Below, one piece after another: positions 46,670-57,117 of a stretch of 64,000 bases of DNA. The notes below the pieces were generated by a model. That model was not told the origin of the DNA, made no database searches, and saw only the letters and a list, made by a program, of their open reading frames with translations. Each line of letters starts with the position of its first letter. Within the stretch, counting starts at the first letter, position 1. Source of the DNA: a virus. The stretch is taken from the IMG/VR virus record IMGVR_UViG_3300005096_000058, positions 1 to 64,000 of that record; one strand, given 5' to 3'. The position numbers and the translations under genes were made by a program.

Positions 46670-48106
46670 TTAGGGCTGCCCTTTGAAGTTGGGAGCGCGG
46701 CCGATGTTTTTGATCAGCACGGCTTTCCCGGGGGCGTAGAGCACCGGCACGCCGTAGACCAACTGCATCCAACGGATGGACGTGTTGATCGTGGCCAACG
46801 GTACTTTGAGGAATGGCGCCAGCTGTTTCCAGCTGAGACATTCCAAGTTTTGCTGCCAGAGGATCGCGATCGACGTGAACGGCAGACGATCGTTGAGATC
46901 CGTGACGGTGTGTTCACCGGCACCAGACGTGTTGGGGATGCGCGCGATGAGCCGTTGTTTGCCAACGGGGCCATCTTTGCGCGTGCGGTAGAGCTCGTAC
47001 CACTTCACACCGATGGCAGACCCGGGGGTCACACCAAACGTCATGGAGTCACCAGCGGCAACCGCGATGGCACCACCGCTGACCGCGACTGCGACACTGC
47101 GACCGGAATCGTTGTGCGCAGAAACGCTGTAGAAGTAGCTGCCCGCATCGTCCGCTCCGAAGAGTGATCCGACGTCGACAGGGGTCGTGGCACCCGTGGA
47201 GATCGTCGGGGTGGCTGGCCGTAGCGCAGCATCACCCGCGGCGGTGGTCTTGGGGGCACCACCGTCGTTGACGAACACGTTGGGTTCGAATTTGACGTCA
47301 CCAGCGGGGCTGGTGAAGCCAGACACGTCGAGGCCCACCATCCCATCTTTGCGCTTGTCCAGAAGGTCATAACGGCCTTTCGGGAAGAAGCTTTTGATGA
47401 GGTCGGCTTTGATCTTCGGATTCAGATGCAGATGCGTCGGAATGCCGTAGTTGGGCTCATCGGAAATGGTCAGTGCGGCGTCGATGAGAATGTCCTCGTC
47501 GAGCGGCTGACCACGTTGGTCGATGATGTTGTCAGCCGGCGCATTGTCGGTGATCAACTTTTCATAGCCATCGAACTGGATGTTCGACAGCGAAGAGTCC
47601 GCATAGAACATCGCGCGCTCGACGATGCGGAGAAGCCACATCGTTCCGGCCACGGTTTCGTTCGCGATGACATTGCCGTGAGCCGGGCGAATCAAGCTCA
47701 TGACATGGGACACGCTGCGTGTCGTTCCGAGGAACTTCACGGCGGCGTAGCGTCGGGCGTAGGTGGAGTCGTCTTCGGTCGGCAACGCCCCTTCCGAAAT
47801 GAACCCTTCAAGACCCTCGCCGTAGCTCGAAATCTCATTGTGCTCTTCTACTGTGTTGTACGCAGCCAATTTTGGGATCGCTTTGAACAGCCGAATGTGC
47901 TCCATGCGGTAGGTGACGTTTTTCAACGTCTGCTCCAAGGACTCCACGCGGAGCGGGAAGCCTTGCCCGGGCGCAGCACCGGGGTTGTTGATGTCGCCGC
48001 CCGCAGTGAGCGCCTTGTTGAGGTGGTCGAGGTCGGTCGAGGAGAATTGCCCGTCGCCGAATCCGTCCACCCCGTCGTAATCTTTCCAGGAAACTTGGTT
48101 CATCAT
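46670..48106 (-). CDS. major capsid protein (SPO1/Twort-like)
   Basis: KALTAG...LRVESLEQTLK, F..EG.LP...DS.Y.R, E..MFYAD.S....FDG..K; follows protease and scaffold. Confidence 0.9.
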   Translation of the reverse strand: MMNQVSWKDYDGVDGFGDGQFSSTDLDHLNKALTAGGDINNPGAAPGQGFPLRVESLEQTLKNVTYRMEHIRLFKAIPKLAAYNTVEEHNEISSYGEGLEGFISEGALPTEDDSTYARRYAAVKFLGTTRSVSHVMSLIRPAHGNVIANETVAGTMWLLRIVERAMFYADSSLSNIQFDGYEKLITDNAPADNIIDQRGQPLDEDILIDAALTISDEPNYGIPTHLHLNPKIKADLIKSFFPKGRYDLLDKRKDGMVGLDVSGFTSPAGDVKFEPNVFVNDGGAPKTTAAGDAALRPATPTISTGATTPVDVGSLFGADDAGSYFYSVSAHNDSGRSVAVAVSGGAIAVAAGDSMTFGVTPGSAIGVKWYELYRTRKDGPVGKQRLIARIPNTSGAGEHTVTDLNDRLPFTSIAILWQQNLECLSWKQLAPFLKVPLATINTSIRWMQLVYGVPVLYAPGKAVLIKNIGRAPNFKGQP

Positions 48107-48182
48107 TTTGATGTCCCTCCTTCAGGTTTTTTGTCTGGACAAAGGTTTTGAGCCCGTTAGGCCCGTGGGTGAAGCAGTTGGC

Positions 48183-48869
48183 TCAGGCCCGCTGCGGAGA
48201 AGCGCGTTGCACCTTGGCGACGTCCAGAACCTCTTTGGCGAGGCCCTTGGAAATCTCGTTGGTGATCTCGTACTTCGCGATGGCGGTGCTCATGTTCTCG
48301 CCGCTCTTCGCGAAGCCACTATTGTCTTCGGAGATCGTCTGCATGATCTCCATGACCTGCGACTTCGAAAGCTTGTTGCCCTCAGCCGGTTGGCCCGCGA
48401 GACTTTTCTCAATCGGGGTAGCGGCGGGAGCGTTCACGCCGGCACTGCGAACAGGGCCAGCCGGTTGTCCAGACAGCGCGGCCACTTGGTCAGAAAGGCT
48501 CTTCACGAGCTCACCCATCTGAACCACGGAGGTGGCGAGCGCGACCCGGAACTGGTGCTCCGATCCTTCGCTTTTCTCGATGCGATTGGCGAGGGTGGCA
48601 AGCCCTGCGACGACCGCGCCGTGTTGCTCTTTGATGTACGGGCTGACGTCGATGGATTTCACCATCGCGTCAGACTGCAGCGGGGCGGTGACATCAGCGG
48701 CGAGGCCGCCACCTCCGCCCAAGCTTTTCACGAGCTCGTCGCGTTCTTCGCCGGTGATGGTGCCTTCGTTGGCTTTGGCGAAAAGCAACTTCGATCGCGC
48801 AGCGGGATTGCTGGCTTCTGCTGCAGCCGTGAGGGCATCCAAGCCCGTCTGGAGTTGATTCTGGTCCAT
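48183..48869 (-). CDS. scaffold-like protein
   Basis: Between protease and MCP; helical, with many xxKS motifs. Confidence 0.6.
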   Translation of the reverse strand: MDQNQLQTGLDALTAAAEASNPAARSKLLFAKANEGTITGEERDELVKSLGGGGGLAADVTAPLQSDAMVKSIDVSPYIKEQHGAVVAGLATLANRIEKSEGSEHQFRVALATSVVQMGELVKSLSDQVAALSGQPAGPVRSAGVNAPAATPIEKSLAGQPAEGNKLSKSQVMEIMQTISEDNSGFAKSGENMSTAIAKYEITNEISKGLAKEVLDVAKVQRASPQRA

Positions 48870-48880
48870 GGTGGTTCTCC

Positions 48881-49723
48881 TTAGAGCATTCCCTGCTCTG
48901 CCAAGGTGGTGAGCACGCCGTAAGCGTGCTCGACGAAAGACGCGTCGGCTCCGGGGAACCGCGCGCGAATGGTGGTGATCGCTACGCTTTTGCTCAGCTG
49001 CTCATCCTGTGTGGCAGCGAGATCTTTCTTGTCGCGTTCCAATGACTGCGGGGACAGGATGCGACCTGCGCCCTCCCCCGTTGTGGGGCCCTGTGAGCTC
49101 GGATGCGTGCCTGCGGGTGCGGCGGCCCCGGTGGTAGCCGTCATGGCCTTGCTTGCCTCTTCAGCAGCTTCCTCGTCGCCCTCTTCCACGGCTACCAGGC
49201 TCTTGGCTAGACATTCCAGACGAGTGCCATAGCCGACCGGGCAATTGGTGATCGCGGTGTGCTTCACGACTGCTTCAGCGATCGTCTTGTTGTTAGGGCC
49301 GGTGCGGCGGACCACGTCGCCCTCAATTGAGAAGCCCAAGCGGCGCTCATTGCCGGCTTTGGCGAAAGCCAGTCCCAGGTCCCAGATGCGATTTGCGCGT
49401 GGGGTGTCGAGCATCCAGCCTTCAGCCCAGGTGCCGTTCGTGGAGGCGGTCGCGCCATCTGGGAGGCGATCGCCCTTCTGGAACCTCCGCACCTCTGTGG
49501 GGTAACCAAGCGGGCTGTCTGTATCTTTGCTGTGGTTGTCGTTGAAGAACCCAGTCTCCAAGAACGGCTTGAAATTGAGTCCCCTCTGGATCACCACCTC
49601 GCCTTGCTTGTCGAGAATGTTTGTGGAGATCACGCCCGCAATCCTCCTCCGTTGCCCACGCGCGCCGTCCGCCTTCTCAAAAAAGGACAGAGGGGCGAAG
49701 AACTTGAAGGGGTTGCTGCCCAC
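48881..49723 (-). CDS. prohead protease (HK97/U35-like)
   Basis: I.G..ST...D.QGE, N.NH, LG.P, LGFSIEG, AIT.CPV. Confidence 0.85.
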   Translation of the reverse strand: MGSNPFKFFAPLSFFEKADGARGQRRRIAGVISTNILDKQGEVVIQRGLNFKPFLETGFFNDNHSKDTDSPLGYPTEVRRFQKGDRLPDGATASTNGTWAEGWMLDTPRANRIWDLGLAFAKAGNERRLGFSIEGDVVRRTGPNNKTIAEAVVKHTAITNCPVGYGTRLECLAKSLVAVEEGDEEAAEEASKAMTATTGAAAPAGTHPSSQGPTTGEGAGRILSPQSLERDKKDLAATQDEQLSKSVAITTIRARFPGADASFVEHAYGVLTTLAEQGML

Positions 49724-49856
49724 GTTTCGTCTCCAGAAATAGAAAAAGGCGAAGTCCAGACGAAGCAGACTGCTTCCTCCGTGACCTCGCCCCTACTCGA
49801 ACCCTAAAAGCGGTTCCTAATCGGGCCTCACGCTGACGCGCTCGGTTGTGCTTCAG

Positions 49857-49884
49857 ATTTATAGGTCCGTCTGGACTGAGTCAA
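49857..49884 (-). promoter_or_regulatory. candidate promoter for the protease-capsid operon, with a TCCAGACG motif in its spacer
   Basis: Minus strand reads TTGACT-cagtccagacggacc-TATAAAT; the 15-nt spacing is suboptimal. Confidence 0.4.
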
Positions 49885-49889
49885 GGAGC

Positions 49890-50090
49890 CTACTCGCGCA
49901 CAACGTAGCGCTCGGGAGCCAATTCCACGCCCTCATCCAAGCTGATCGGGAGGGTGACCGTCTTCTTGCACCAATGGCAGGAGGCTTCCGCCTTGCCGTC
50001 TGGATCGAAACGCACGACGCCAGTGATGCGTAGGCGCGTTTCGTCGCCGCTCTTCTGCAGAAGGCGGCCTTTGCAATGCGGGCATCTCAA
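49890..50090 (-). CDS. Com-like zinc-ribbon protein
   Basis: MRCPHCKGRLL...C..CK; TTG start overlaps the upstream TGA. Confidence 0.6.
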   Translation of the reverse strand: MRCPHCKGRLLQKSGDETRLRITGVVRFDPDGKAEASCHWCKKTVTLPISLDEGVELAPERYVVRE

Positions 50091-50440
50091 AGGATGTCCT
50101 GGAAGAGCTTGCCCAGATTCGTCTGGATGTCCGCTTCGTTCTCGGGCTTTGGAAAGATGGAGGGACGCCACGCGGGCGACAAGATCTTGTAGTAGCGATC
50201 CATCGTCGGCCAAAGAAGCGTCACCAAGCCACCCGCCGCAGGGAGTCGCACAATGCCCTCCTCTTCGTCGTCGAGGAAGTCAGGATGCTCGTCGAGGATA
50301 GGTAGCGTGACCGCCCCGTTACCTGGGATGTTCCTCAGATAGATGTCGCCCTGAGAGAAAAAAGGACGGACGACGTCAGTTAAGCGTCGATGAGGATTTG
50401 GGCGGCCGTCGAGGGCTAAATAGAAATGGTCGTATTTCAT
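50087..50440 (-). CDS. hypothetical protein coupled to the giant polyvalent protein
   Basis: ATGA overlap with the stop of the 2226-aa gene. Confidence 0.6.
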   Translation of the reverse strand: MKYDHFYLALDGRPNPHRRLTDVVRPFFSQGDIYLRNIPGNGAVTLPILDEHPDFLDDEEEGIVRLPAAGGLVTLLWPTMDRYYKILSPAWRPSIFPKPENEADIQTNLGKLFQDIL

Positions 50441-53400
50441 GGGGCAGGCACCTTCAAGCCTTTGCAGGCCTTGTTGATGGAGGCGTTATTCTGCGTTGGG
50501 CTGGTGAAGAAGAAATCAGCGACGGGGATGTTGTTGATCTCAGTCTTCCCCGCTGACGTCAGCGTCTCAATCAATCCAGATCTGACTTGGTCGGAAGCAC
50601 ACCACACACCTGCAATGTCCTCGTGTGCGACACCATGCTCAAACAAGACTTCATGGCTACTAGAATTCAAATTGAGTGTGTCAGGTTTTGACTTAGCCGG
50701 TGCTTGCGATCCGTAACCGTCGTGGTTGTGGGCCCAATAATCAGCCCGCTTCAGAATGCGAGGTCGATAGATATAGCGCACGGTAGAACCCGTATTGTAG
50801 CCATGCACACCGCTCGCCTGAGGACCACCTTTGCGTGCGATCCTCGTGAACACGCCTGCTGCGCCACCGGTATTCACGTCGGAGCCCGCCTGTGACGAGT
50901 AGGGTGCGGTGCCGGTTGTGTACCCCTGCTTCCGAGAGGGGACGCCAGTTTCTTGGAGCAGAAAGGCTGTGGCCGCACCGGGTGAATCGGCACCCGTGTG
51001 CACAAATTGCACGTCTTTGAGATCAGCATCGGTGATTTGATCAAATTCAACGGTGTGGGCGCCGCCCGCGCCCACCTTGATGCGGGCTGTGTCGACGTAC
51101 TTGTCGAATCCAGATTTCTTGAGTTGGGAGTCGAGCCAAACTTCGTTGTCGTAGTTTTTCCGAGAAGCGCCCCAGTAACCCTTAGCCCCTAACGAGTTTC
51201 GCACAAGCTGCGATTTGATGAATAGCCGCTCAGCTTGTCCATCATGCGCGCTGGCAGCTAGCGCGGGCGCGATTCCCGCCAGCTGCAAGCCTTGTTGAAG
51301 TTCCGTTTGCACATCTTTTGACGCGGGGATACGCGCAACGAAGCGGTTCCGCATCGCCAACCCCCCATGGGCTTCAGGGGCTAGATCGCCGTTGTGCGCC
51401 ACGCCTACGTAGGACCCCCCGTCCGTGAGCCCATCAAAACCAAACCAGCCCCCCTCAATGACGTTGTCTCCTTTTTTGTGGAGCCCAGTGTCCTCGTCAT
51501 ATACGTCGTACACCGCCCCACCAGCTTCATCCGTGGTGGAGGTGTATTTGATCTTCCCTTTAGAAAGCTTGGATTTCTGCGGGTTGAAATTAAGCAGGTC
51601 GCCCGTGACCTCAAAGAAATCCTCGCCGTCTGGATTCGCAACACGGCGGACGCTGATCTGGCTGTTGATCCAGAGTCCCGCGCCGCCATGCCTAATCGTG
51701 TGACCCCAATGCCCCATCTTGATCGCATCGAGAGCACCGAGGTCAGCCTCGTTGTTGATGGCAAGCTCGCCTTGCTTCTGCGGCCCAAGAGCAAACGGGG
51801 GGGCCGACTGCGCAAAAGCAGGAGGCAGATCGGGAAGCTTGGGCGTAGTCACCGTCGTGGTTTCCACCGCGACGTCAAGGTCCGCTTTTGTCACGGTGAA
51901 CACCGTGTTGGTGGCCACCATGGGCTCGCCGTGAACAGTGATGCTCTTGTCTGCAAGATATTGTTTGGCGGCTGCTTGCGCCTCGTTGGTAATCCCGCCG
52001 AATTTGATGACAATTTTATCACTGTCCGTGTCGTGCGGCTTGATCTTTTTAGGCTTCCCGAGGCCCTCTTCCGAAAACCCAGACACGAAATCAGCGACCA
52101 CCTCATGTTTGACTGTTTTGGTGGTCACTTCCGTCTGCTCAAACGTGGTGCCCGCAGGGTAGTCAACGTTGTCTGGACCCTTGATCGTTTGCGTGCCTGG
52201 GAAGCGGTTGGCGAGTTCGTCCTTGCTCACGCCGAGCATGTCCCCAAGAGGAGAGGTTACGTCCGTCGACGGGGGCATACTTTGCCAGTTGGCCACCGCC
52301 TCTTTGAACTTCGCTGAATCCTTGCCGGCAATCAGGAAGTTACCTTCCCCATCGTCGTGCACGTGCAGCCCACCCTCGTAGCCCAGGCCAGCTAGCTTCT
52401 CCTGCAAGAAGGACAGGGTGAGGAGGTCCGAAGCCTTGTTGGATTGGGGGTGGGACTTCACCCAAGCTGCCCACGCCTTGGCCTTCTTCACTTTTTCAGA
52501 GTCAACACTTGGTTTTTTTACCGTCGGCGCGAGAGGTTTAGGTTTCTTCTTCTTTTTGACCGGGTCACCAGGCCACTGCACAGAAGCACCACCGGCCTCC
52601 TGAATCATCGAGGCCGCTTTTTTGGCGGTGAACCCCTCGCTGAGGGTGACGCCCTGTTTGTTCGTGACGCTGAACATGGGGTTCAACGCATTGGCTCCTG
52701 GACCGAGTGAGCTAAGCGTTTCCCCCCACTTGGTGTGTAGCTTCACGCCTGCCGGGAGGGCGTAAATCTTATCTATGACCGTCGTCAGTTTCAAATTGGA
52801 AGGAAGTGACTTCAGTTTCTTCTTGCCAGCGTCTGGACCCGGGGAATCGAGGTCGGCATGGTCTACATACGGAGGCTGTGCAGCCGACTCAGCCACTGTG
52901 GTTTCGGCGGCGTACAGTTTGGAGGAAACGTCGGCGTCTGTGGGTACGTCGGCCCACGCACCGCTGCTAGGCCCGGGCCCAAAGAATTCGACTTCCCAAT
53001 CGAGCGCGTGGTCAGCTAGAAACGACGCTAGGGCCTCTGTAGGGGCCGCGCTCAAACCTTGTTTCGCATAACAATACAGTGAGTCATCTTCTAAATTAAA
53101 TTCAGCCGCATATTTCTCTTGCACAGACGCGAGCGCGACGTACTCGGCTAGCGGTAGTTTGTCGACGACGACTTTGTTCTTCTGCTCCGGTGGGATGTCC
53201 TGCGGGTGAACGCCGATCGCTTCACCTGCGGTGGGCAAAGCCTTGTACGTAGCAAACGAAACGTCTTGAGGGAAAGACGCATCAACGAGTTTGAATGCCG
53301 CCTTCACCTCGGCAATTGTCAGATTATAGATACCCATGAGATCTGCGAGCGCGTAATCCAATGCGAGAGCGGACGACGACGACTCAGCCCCATGGACAAT

Positions 53401-56400
53401 CTTTCCATCCTCGTCGATCGCCACAAACTTCAGTGTCGGCGAAGCGTCTCCGTCCTCGCCGTACCCGGTCGCCGATGGGGTGATCCAGATCTTCTCACCG
53501 TGCAGCACCCCTTCGAGCCAAACACCCATCGGAGGCACCCACGACGCCCAATGCGGGGATTTCATCCCGAAAGTCTTGTTGGGCTTGCCCGGGACAGGTA
53601 ATCCAGACAGCTTGGTGGCATTGCTCCAGACAACATCTTTGTCGGGGAAATCTGGCAGCGCTTCCTTTGTCGTGACCACGGTGGGTCCGATGTCCCCTGT
53701 GATGCTCGGGGTGGCTGGCTCCGGGTCAAGGTTGGGCGGACCTCCTGCGAGGAGCAGCTCCAAGGTGGTTGGATCTTTGGCCTCGACGGGTTGGCCGCCC
53801 TTGAGGTCGACGGACCACTCAACCGACTCAGAAGAGAGCCATTCCGCCGTGTAAACCATGTCCAGCTTGGGGTTCAGCCACTTACCTTGCGGGAAGTCTT
53901 TGTGGCTTATTTTCGTGAAGGTGTCTATTCCGTCGTTGATCTCAGCGTCAACGGGGAGCGCGTCTAGCTCAGCCACCGTGAGGGGCTTGGTCCCCGACGT
54001 GTCTGGAGATCCGGGCTGGTCCTCGATACTCAGCGCATGTTCGATCATGTCGCTGACTGTGTAGCTGGCACCGCTGATGGTCTGGAAAGCTCCAGACAGC
54101 TGCTTCTTGTATTGGTAGCCCGCCACGTCCTTCAGCACCGTGCCAAAAACCAAAGCTTTAAGCTGTGCTGCGGTGGGCACCTTCGATCCCTGCCACGCGA
54201 GAGAACTCGGGGGTGGTGGCGGCTCACCGATTGAATTCACCTTCAGACCACCAAAGCCCGAAGCGGCGTCCTCAGCAACGTCCGCACTCAACTCTGTGGC
54301 AGTGAGTGCTGTAGTCATCGACCCACCCATAGGCTTCCACCCGTCAGGGTGTTTGACCCAGCCCTCACCCTCAGGGTCAGAGTTGGGGAAGGGCTTAGCG
54401 ACCGGGTCGCCATAACCCAGCACAGAGCCTATGGGGAGCTCGTCGAGCTCATCCGCGGTGGGACTCTTCCAACCATCCCAGCCAGGTTCTCCGGGTGGCT
54501 GTAGGGCTGCTTCCGCCGTGGTCGCGATGACGTTGGCGAACTCCATGAACTCGCCCGTCTTGGGCTTCACACCGAAGAACTTCCAGCCGCCTCCTGAAGC
54601 GATCTTCGTTTTGCCCGTCTTGGCTTTGTAATCGGCTTTGCCGAGATAGCCCTTCTGGACGAGCCAAACGTGATCACTGGCCGCGCTCAGGCTTTTGTGT
54701 TTGGTGACGTCGTCGCCCTTTGGGGCCTTGATCGTGACCTCAAATCCCTCCTCCAAAACTTCCAGCTGCACCTTGAGTTCCCCGAGGTGATCAAAAGGCT
54801 TGGTGAGCTCGTGCTTATGACCAATAGGGAGGGGACCACCCTTCTTCGGGTATTTCACCTCTTTGGGCGTCTGGACTTTCTTAGCTGCGGGGGTCACTTC
54901 AGCTTGAGGCGCTGGACCTGCCGGGAGCGGCTTTGGCTTTGGTTGCTTGGCGGTTTGCGTCGCCTTGGCGGCAGCAACTACCGACGGGAGAGCGAGGACG
55001 GACTTCAAACTTTGGGATGCAGGGTGCGTTGACCCGAAGACCACGGGGACACCAGTTGAGGGCACTGTGACGTTTTTGAGCAGCGGGGCACCGCCTTCGG
55101 CGGCCTGATGGACGACCCAGATGTCGAACGTTCCATCCGCGCTGAGAATTTTGATGACGCTGCCAGGCAGAGGGAGCGTTTTTGGCCAATCATGCGGGAC
55201 GGATATTGCAGCATGCTCCATCGCGAACGTCAGGGCCGCTGGGGGAATGAGCGTGGAGTCGGTGACGATCCCATCTTCAACCGCGGCCAGCATCTCGTGC
55301 AGCGTGATCTCTTTCTTCTCGGGGGCTAGGCCCAGCTCAGCCATGAGTTCGTCAGCGCTCATGCTCCCGATCGTTGGCTCCGATGTGGTGCCTGCGGCCT
55401 GGAACTCCCCTTCAAATTGCTTCAGCGCGAAAAGCTTGGTGGCCGGGTAGGCGATGCCTTTGGCTTTCTTTTCCGTCGAACCCATGTCTAGAGGCAAACC
55501 CTTGTTGAACAGCTGCGTGCTGTCCGCAGCCGCTGCGGGGGAGGGGTAGATCTTTGTGGTCCCGTTGGGGAAAAGCACTGCGATCGCAGGCTTCCCATCG
55601 ACGGAATCAAAGCCAAACTCAAAAACGTTGCCCGCCATCTTAACCGCGGCCTGGTATCCGGGGCCGGGGTATTTGGTGGGCCAGCCGGGGGGATGCTCAC
55701 CACCAGGGGCGTGCACAGTCACGTTCCCCTTGGTGACGGGCCAGCCGGGTGTCTGGACGAAGTCGACGATCTTCTCGGTCTTATCCTCGACGGGGGTGAT
55801 CGCAGGCTCATCTGCGGCTGACGGGATCGTGACTTTGTCCCCCGTCATCTCAGAGAGGAATGTCTCCCAGTTGCTGCGGAGATCTTTGAACCGCTTCTCA
55901 ATCAGCGCCCATTTTTTCTTCGGCTCAAAGTCTTCCAGACCCTGCGCGGCGTCTTCCAGATAGGGGGCCACGATGCTGTGGTACTGCTCCACGGACAGGT
56001 TCTTCTCGATACTGAGCAACACCTCCGTGACAGCTTTGATGGGGTCGCCTTTGATTTCCCCGTTTTGGAAGAGCTTCCACATTGCATTGTACGCGGGAGA
56101 ACTCGCGTTCAATTTATAGCTGGTGCTGAGCTTGTCTGCGCCGATCGCTTTGAACGCTTGGCCTTTATCAATAGCGGCGAGGTCACCACCGAGCGTCTCG
56201 ACGAAGTTGGCCCCGTGGCTATCGTGGTTGGACATCATCCAATCCAGCACTTGGTGCTGCACTAGCCGCTCAAAATGTTTTTGAAGCTTGGCTTTAGTGG
56301 TCCCGTGATCACCACTGACCTCGTTGCCGATGGTACCTTTATTGTCGACCCACGACAGGAGCACCCCTTGGTCGCCAGCGTGCTCAATCATCTCCGCGTC

Positions 56401-57117
56401 TGGATATAGACCCTCCTTGGGGAAGACGAGAGAAGCCACTCGGTTGAACGCCTCTTCAGCACGGCTCACCCAAGTTTGACCTCCGTTGGTTTTCCAGGCG
56501 TACTGGTTCCCATTTTTGTCCTCGACGATCTTACCGCCGTGGCTGCCCCCCAGGTTTCCCTTGAGTTTGAGCGTCGCAAGCAAGCTGTCTGGAAACGGAG
56601 GATCAGCGTCAGCCCCCGAGGCCCCTTTGGCCGACCACGCGGTGATCTCGTGCGGAGGGGGCACCAACGGTTCCCCAACGTGCTGCCAAAGTTCAGACGC
56701 TTTGAACTTGACCAAGCCGCCGATGCCAGCGGACTTGAGCCCGGGGAAAGAAGCCAGCAACAGCTGGGCGTCGCTGGCGCTGACGACGAAGATGCCTGCA
56801 AAACCCCCACCTTTCGATTGGATGCCCACGTCCTCTAACCACTCCCAAATTTGAGAGGCATGATCGGAGTCTTTTGGGTGGAGAGGTGGCGCGCCCTTGG
56901 TGGCCTTGGCCGCGTCTTTTTTGGCTTTGAGCTTCTTGGCGGCAGAGGACCCACCGTAGACCGGTTTGCCGTGCACCCAACCGACGATCTTGCCCCCTTT
57001 GGGGCCGATCGCCAGCACGACCATGCCGTTCGCAAACCCGAGCTTGGGCTTGGGCGTCTTAGCTTTTACGGCCTTGGAAAGGGCCGCAGGTTGGATTGCT
57101 AGCGCCGTCTGGAACAT
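50437..57117 (-). CDS. 2226-aa polyvalent protein: HipA/PI3K-like kinase, two DUF2924/RAMA-like domains, C-terminal ART-like domain
   Basis: Kinase motifs LGGSHG...YAWK...AE...DW..SNHDSHGANF...AIDKG; KHKSLSAAS...GWKFFGV; C-terminal VHTG...GVFTR...HEVLF. Confidence 0.65.
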   Translation of the reverse strand: MFQTALAIQPAALSKAVKAKTPKPKLGFANGMVVLAIGPKGGKIVGWVHGKPVYGGSSAAKKLKAKKDAAKATKGAPPLHPKDSDHASQIWEWLEDVGIQSKGGGFAGIFVVSASDAQLLLASFPGLKSAGIGGLVKFKASELWQHVGEPLVPPPHEITAWSAKGASGADADPPFPDSLLATLKLKGNLGGSHGGKIVEDKNGNQYAWKTNGGQTWVSRAEEAFNRVASLVFPKEGLYPDAEMIEHAGDQGVLLSWVDNKGTIGNEVSGDHGTTKAKLQKHFERLVQHQVLDWMMSNHDSHGANFVETLGGDLAAIDKGQAFKAIGADKLSTSYKLNASSPAYNAMWKLFQNGEIKGDPIKAVTEVLLSIEKNLSVEQYHSIVAPYLEDAAQGLEDFEPKKKWALIEKRFKDLRSNWETFLSEMTGDKVTIPSAADEPAITPVEDKTEKIVDFVQTPGWPVTKGNVTVHAPGGEHPPGWPTKYPGPGYQAAVKMAGNVFEFGFDSVDGKPAIAVLFPNGTTKIYPSPAAAADSTQLFNKGLPLDMGSTEKKAKGIAYPATKLFALKQFEGEFQAAGTTSEPTIGSMSADELMAELGLAPEKKEITLHEMLAAVEDGIVTDSTLIPPAALTFAMEHAAISVPHDWPKTLPLPGSVIKILSADGTFDIWVVHQAAEGGAPLLKNVTVPSTGVPVVFGSTHPASQSLKSVLALPSVVAAAKATQTAKQPKPKPLPAGPAPQAEVTPAAKKVQTPKEVKYPKKGGPLPIGHKHELTKPFDHLGELKVQLEVLEEGFEVTIKAPKGDDVTKHKSLSAASDHVWLVQKGYLGKADYKAKTGKTKIASGGGWKFFGVKPKTGEFMEFANVIATTAEAALQPPGEPGWDGWKSPTADELDELPIGSVLGYGDPVAKPFPNSDPEGEGWVKHPDGWKPMGGSMTTALTATELSADVAEDAASGFGGLKVNSIGEPPPPPSSLAWQGSKVPTAAQLKALVFGTVLKDVAGYQYKKQLSGAFQTISGASYTVSDMIEHALSIEDQPGSPDTSGTKPLTVAELDALPVDAEINDGIDTFTKISHKDFPQGKWLNPKLDMVYTAEWLSSESVEWSVDLKGGQPVEAKDPTTLELLLAGGPPNLDPEPATPSITGDIGPTVVTTKEALPDFPDKDVVWSNATKLSGLPVPGKPNKTFGMKSPHWASWVPPMGVWLEGVLHGEKIWITPSATGYGEDGDASPTLKFVAIDEDGKIVHGAESSSSALALDYALADLMGIYNLTIAEVKAAFKLVDASFPQDVSFATYKALPTAGEAIGVHPQDIPPEQKNKVVVDKLPLAEYVALASVQEKYAAEFNLEDDSLYCYAKQGLSAAPTEALASFLADHALDWEVEFFGPGPSSGAWADVPTDADVSSKLYAAETTVAESAAQPPYVDHADLDSPGPDAGKKKLKSLPSNLKLTTVIDKIYALPAGVKLHTKWGETLSSLGPGANALNPMFSVTNKQGVTLSEGFTAKKAASMIQEAGGASVQWPGDPVKKKKKPKPLAPTVKKPSVDSEKVKKAKAWAAWVKSHPQSNKASDLLTLSFLQEKLAGLGYEGGLHVHDDGEGNFLIAGKDSAKFKEAVANWQSMPPSTDVTSPLGDMLGVSKDELANRFPGTQTIKGPDNVDYPAGTTFEQTEVTTKTVKHEVVADFVSGFSEEGLGKPKKIKPHDTDSDKIVIKFGGITNEAQAAAKQYLADKSITVHGEPMVATNTVFTVTKADLDVAVETTTVTTPKLPDLPPAFAQSAPPFALGPQKQGELAINNEADLGALDAIKMGHWGHTIRHGGAGLWINSQISVRRVANPDGEDFFEVTGDLLNFNPQKSKLSKGKIKYTSTTDEAGGAVYDVYDEDTGLHKKGDNVIEGGWFGFDGLTDGGSYVGVAHNGDLAPEAHGGLAMRNRFVARIPASKDVQTELQQGLQLAGIAPALAASAHDGQAERLFIKSQLVRNSLGAKGYWGASRKNYDNEVWLDSQLKKSGFDKYVDTARIKVGAGGAHTVEFDQITDADLKDVQFVHTGADSPGAATAFLLQETGVPSRKQGYTTGTAPYSSQAGSDVNTGGAAGVFTRIARKGGPQASGVHGYNTGSTVRYIYRPRILKRADYWAHNHDGYGSQAPAKSKPDTLNLNSSSHEVLFEHGVAHEDIAGVWCASDQVRSGLIETLTSAGKTEINNIPVADFFFTSPTQNNASINKACKGLKVPAP

